Source of the DNA: an uncultured Acidobacteriota bacterium
Lineage (GTDB): Bacteria > Acidobacteriota > UBA6911
DNA length: 64,000 nt
NCBI GenBank assembly: GCA_963809485.1
Contig: CAWEJX010000007.1
Coordinates: forward strand, 608,001 to 672,000
Reading direction: 5' to 3'
Of this stretch, positions 61,114 to 64,000 are shown piece after piece. The notes beneath the pieces were generated by a model. It saw only the letters and a list, made by a program, of their open reading frames with translations. It had not been told where the DNA came from and made no database searches. Position 1 is the stretch's first letter; each line of letters starts with the position of its first letter. Made by a program: the position numbers and the translations under genes.

Positions 61114-63534
61114 ATGACGGAACGAGTCCATCGGCTGAAGAGCAAAATAATCACCAGCGGCCAGCATATTGGCATCGAAAAAATCAAGATCATCGTCCAT
61201 TCTGAAAAACAATGCACCGGCTATCCGCCTATCCTCCGGCGGGGCATTACCCTGAAAAACGTTCTCGAGCAGATGCCCATTATTATCCAGCCTGATGAGC
61301 TGATTGTCGGGAATCCGGCCAGCCACCCATACGGGCTTGAAATTGAGGCCGGACTCGGCAAATGGGATAAGGACGAAGTCGATGCGCTCAGAGCCGACGG
61401 GTATAAGTTCGATGAGAAGGACGAGATCGAGATGCTGTCCATGAACGAGCAGTTCAAGCCCTTCGGAATGTATGATGGGGCAAACCTCATTATAGCCGCC
61501 GACGACAGGCTTGATGTTTTCGCGCGCTGCGGCATGATGCTCGCCCCCTGGAAAAAAGACAAAACGCTCGGGAATCGAGTCGGAGGCGGGGCCGCATGCT
61601 CAGGCCTGGGCAATGGGCCCGGCTGGAATCTTCTTTGTATCAACTTCTCCATCCCGCTCACGAGAGGCCTGAATGCCCTGATCGAGGAGTGCAGGGCCGA
61701 ACTGAAAAAGAACCGCTATTTTGACAGGCTCTCTTACGAAAGAGGAATTGCTCTGCAGGCAATGATCGTTTCGCTGGAGGGGCTGGTCCATTACGCTTCG
61801 CGTTTTGCCAGGCTCGCCGATGACATGGCTTGCATGGAAGAGAACGCGCAGAGGAAAAAAGAGCTGATGGAGATTGCCGGGATTTGCAGGCGAGTGCCGG
61901 CCTATCCCGCGCGAACATTTAAGGAAGCCCTGCAATGCTTCTGGTTTGTCTTCCTGCTAATGAATCCCTCGCCGACTCCCGCGATGGGACGCTTTGACCA
62001 GTACATGTATCCGTATTACAAGGCAGACATTGAGGCGGGCAGAATAACCAGGGATGAGGTGCTGGAATACCTGTGCTGCCTGCGTATCCGCTGCATGGAA
62101 CTGAATCAGCAGTCAGGGAAAGAAATCCGCAAGCGCACCTCCGCAGGAGCGCGTTGGATCAATATGACCATCGGCGGGGTGAAGCCCGATGGCAGCGATG
62201 CAACCAACGAATTGACTCACTTGATTCTGGACGCACTGATGGAGTGTCCGACAACTCACCATACCATCACGCTCCGCGTCGCCGACTCTACGCCGGATTC
62301 CATCATGCTGAAAGCTGTTACAGCTCAGGCAAAGGGAATGAGCATGCCGGCTTTTGTCGGAGATAAATCCTATATCAACTATTTCAACAGGCCAGACGAT
62401 CCTGACGATGGGCTTGACATTGAAATTGCCAGAGACTACTGCATGACCGGCTGTATCGACGGCAACATCGCCGGGCGCACACGCACGATGGGAATCACCA
62501 TGTTTGTCGTGCCGAAGGTTCTCGATCTGTTCCTGCACGACGGTTGGGACGCAAAAATCGAAGAGCAGGTCGGGCATAAAATCGGCGATCTGAGCAGGTT
62601 TGCTACATACGAGGAATTTCTTGAGGAATTCAAAAAAGAATTCGCTTACTTTATCCGGCTTTCGGCGGAAAAGCTCAATATCGAGAGCATCGTTTTTCAA
62701 AACATGTTTCCCGATCCGTTCCGCGCAGCCCTCATGGACGGCGGCATACAGTCCGGGCTTGACTGCTATGCTCAACCGTATGGTTTCGAAAACAATCAAC
62801 TCCTTAATCCGGTTGGGATGGTCAATCTTGCCCAATCGCTCTATGCAGTCAAGAAGCTTGTTTTTGAAGAAAGGACCGTCAATTTCACGGAGCTGTTGAG
62901 GGCATTGGACGCCAATTGGCAAGGCTATGAAACGCTGCGGGCGAAGTGCCTTGCACTGAGCCACTACGGAAACGGCGTCGATGAGGTTGATGAGATCGTC
63001 GGCGACTGTTACTCATTCTGGGCTGATGTCGCCGACACGATCCCATCCATCCTGGGCGGGCATTTCAGATGCTCTGCAATCTCAATCACGTCCCACCAGC
63101 CGGGTGGCGCACTCGTTGGAGCCACGCCGGACGGGCGTCACGCCGGGGAGATCCTCGCCGACGCCTGCGCATCTCCGATGAGGGGCACCGATACCAAGGG
63201 CCCGCTTGCTGTTTTCCGAAGTGCTCTTCATATTCCTCAGGACCGTTTCCAGGCCATGCTCATGAATATGAAAATCCATCCGTCGGCCCTTGAATCGGAT
63301 AGCAGCAAGCTAAAGCTGGCAAGCGCCATAAGGACGTATTTCGCCAATGGCGGCAAGCATGTGCAATTTATTGTGTGCGATGCGAAGACGCTTGAGGACG
63401 CGAAGATCCACCCCGAGGACCACCGCGATCTCATGGTACGTGTTGCGGGTTATAGCGCCTATTTTGTCCAGCTCACGCCTGGACTGCAGGATGAAGTAAT
63501 CGCGCGCACGGCTCACAAGCTGTGTGAATCCTGA
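61114..63534 (+). CDS. Glycyl radical enzyme (PFL2/dehydratase-like)
   Basis: IQPDELIVG, GRFDQYMYPYY, TGCID Cys loop, GATPDGR, VRVAGY glycyl loop. Confidence 0.93.
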   Translation: MTERVHRLKSKIITSGQHIGIEKIKIIVHSEKQCTGYPPILRRGITLKNVLEQMPIIIQPDELIVGNPASHPYGLEIEAGLGKWDKDEVDALRADGYKFDEKDEIEMLSMNEQFKPFGMYDGANLIIAADDRLDVFARCGMMLAPWKKDKTLGNRVGGGAACSGLGNGPGWNLLCINFSIPLTRGLNALIEECRAELKKNRYFDRLSYERGIALQAMIVSLEGLVHYASRFARLADDMACMEENAQRKKELMEIAGICRRVPAYPARTFKEALQCFWFVFLLMNPSPTPAMGRFDQYMYPYYKADIEAGRITRDEVLEYLCCLRIRCMELNQQSGKEIRKRTSAGARWINMTIGGVKPDGSDATNELTHLILDALMECPTTHHTITLRVADSTPDSIMLKAVTAQAKGMSMPAFVGDKSYINYFNRPDDPDDGLDIEIARDYCMTGCIDGNIAGRTRTMGITMFVVPKVLDLFLHDGWDAKIEEQVGHKIGDLSRFATYEEFLEEFKKEFAYFIRLSAEKLNIESIVFQNMFPDPFRAALMDGGIQSGLDCYAQPYGFENNQLLNPVGMVNLAQSLYAVKKLVFEERTVNFTELLRALDANWQGYETLRAKCLALSHYGNGVDEVDEIVGDCYSFWADVADTIPSILGGHFRCSAISITSHQPGGALVGATPDGRHAGEILADACASPMRGTDTKGPLAVFRSALHIPQDRFQAMLMNMKIHPSALESDSSKLKLASAIRTYFANGGKHVQFIVCDAKTLEDAKIHPEDHRDLMVRVAGYSAYFVQLTPGLQDEVIARTAHKLCES

Positions 63535-63541
63535 TTCCATT

Positions 63542-63751
63542 GGTAAACCCCCGGCTCTGCCGGGGGATTCAAAGAGTTTGACAGCTCCGTATTTTGAAAC
63601 GCTGACAAACGCCGATTTGTTCGGCGAGGATCGGAAGCGCCTCATCGGCTTTTGCCCGCGTAAGTCAGCGTTCAAGACCGGCGTAACTGGTCCAACCGCT
63701 TTGAGCGGTTCAAATCTTTCAAGCCTCCGGCTTTGCCGGAGGTACCTGACT
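63542..63751 (+). mobile_element. IS200-type palindromic element, medium form
   Basis: Same ends as 51335-51727, lacks the innermost palindrome. Confidence 0.8.
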
Positions 63752-63944
63752 CTTTGCCTGTGTGTGTCGCCAAAATCCTGTAACGCCATAGCTTCAACAG
63801 CCTGACGGCGCCCTCTTCCTGATATACATCCAACCCATGACTCCCCTTATCTCCGTATTTTGGCATTCAGGTTCGAGCTTTGCTCGGAATGCAGCTGCCT
63901 ATATAATACGTTGAAAAACGAAACCGGTGTTCAGGAGGCAAATT

Positions 63945-64000
63945 ATGCGAGTCATTCCAAGGCGTCGATTCCTTACCAACATAACCTGCGCGGCCGGCGG
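63945..64000 (+). CDS. Partial ORF with Tat-like motif, runs off the window
   Basis: AGGAGG SD; MRVIPRRRFLT. Confidence 0.5.
   Translation, partial: MRVIPRRRFLTNITCAAG

Overview
A 64-kb accessory region from an anaerobic bacterium, probably Acidobacteriota-like (inferred from TolB/TPR Ser/Thr kinases, PEP-CTERM and DUF2911 genes). A URO-D-family gene and tRNA-Leu(TAA) are followed by an 18.5-kb decayed island bounded by a duplicated tRNA 3' half. It carries a phage-type replication module (DnaB, HNH, initiator, loader-like ORF), a MoaF/NTF2/FAD cluster, two Ser/Thr kinases and a cold-shock gene. Next come a PP2C phosphatase and a group 3b [NiFe] hydrogenase operon between two rve-transposase remnants. 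One remnant is interrupted by a 3.36-kb large serine recombinase element. Joining that element's ends by hand gives its first ORF a ribosome-binding site and in-frame ATG from the recombinase 3' end, so the gene appears complete only in the excised circle; this is the main finding. Further on are a 250-bp inverted-repeat element in four copies, IS200-type palindromic elements, and a redox gene region (XDH-family Mo enzyme, AOR-family W enzyme, Tat flavoprotein, AprA/B-like pair, glycyl radical enzyme) with five paralogous cupins, four of them Tat-signalled. Family calls come from motif recognition only; no searches were run.
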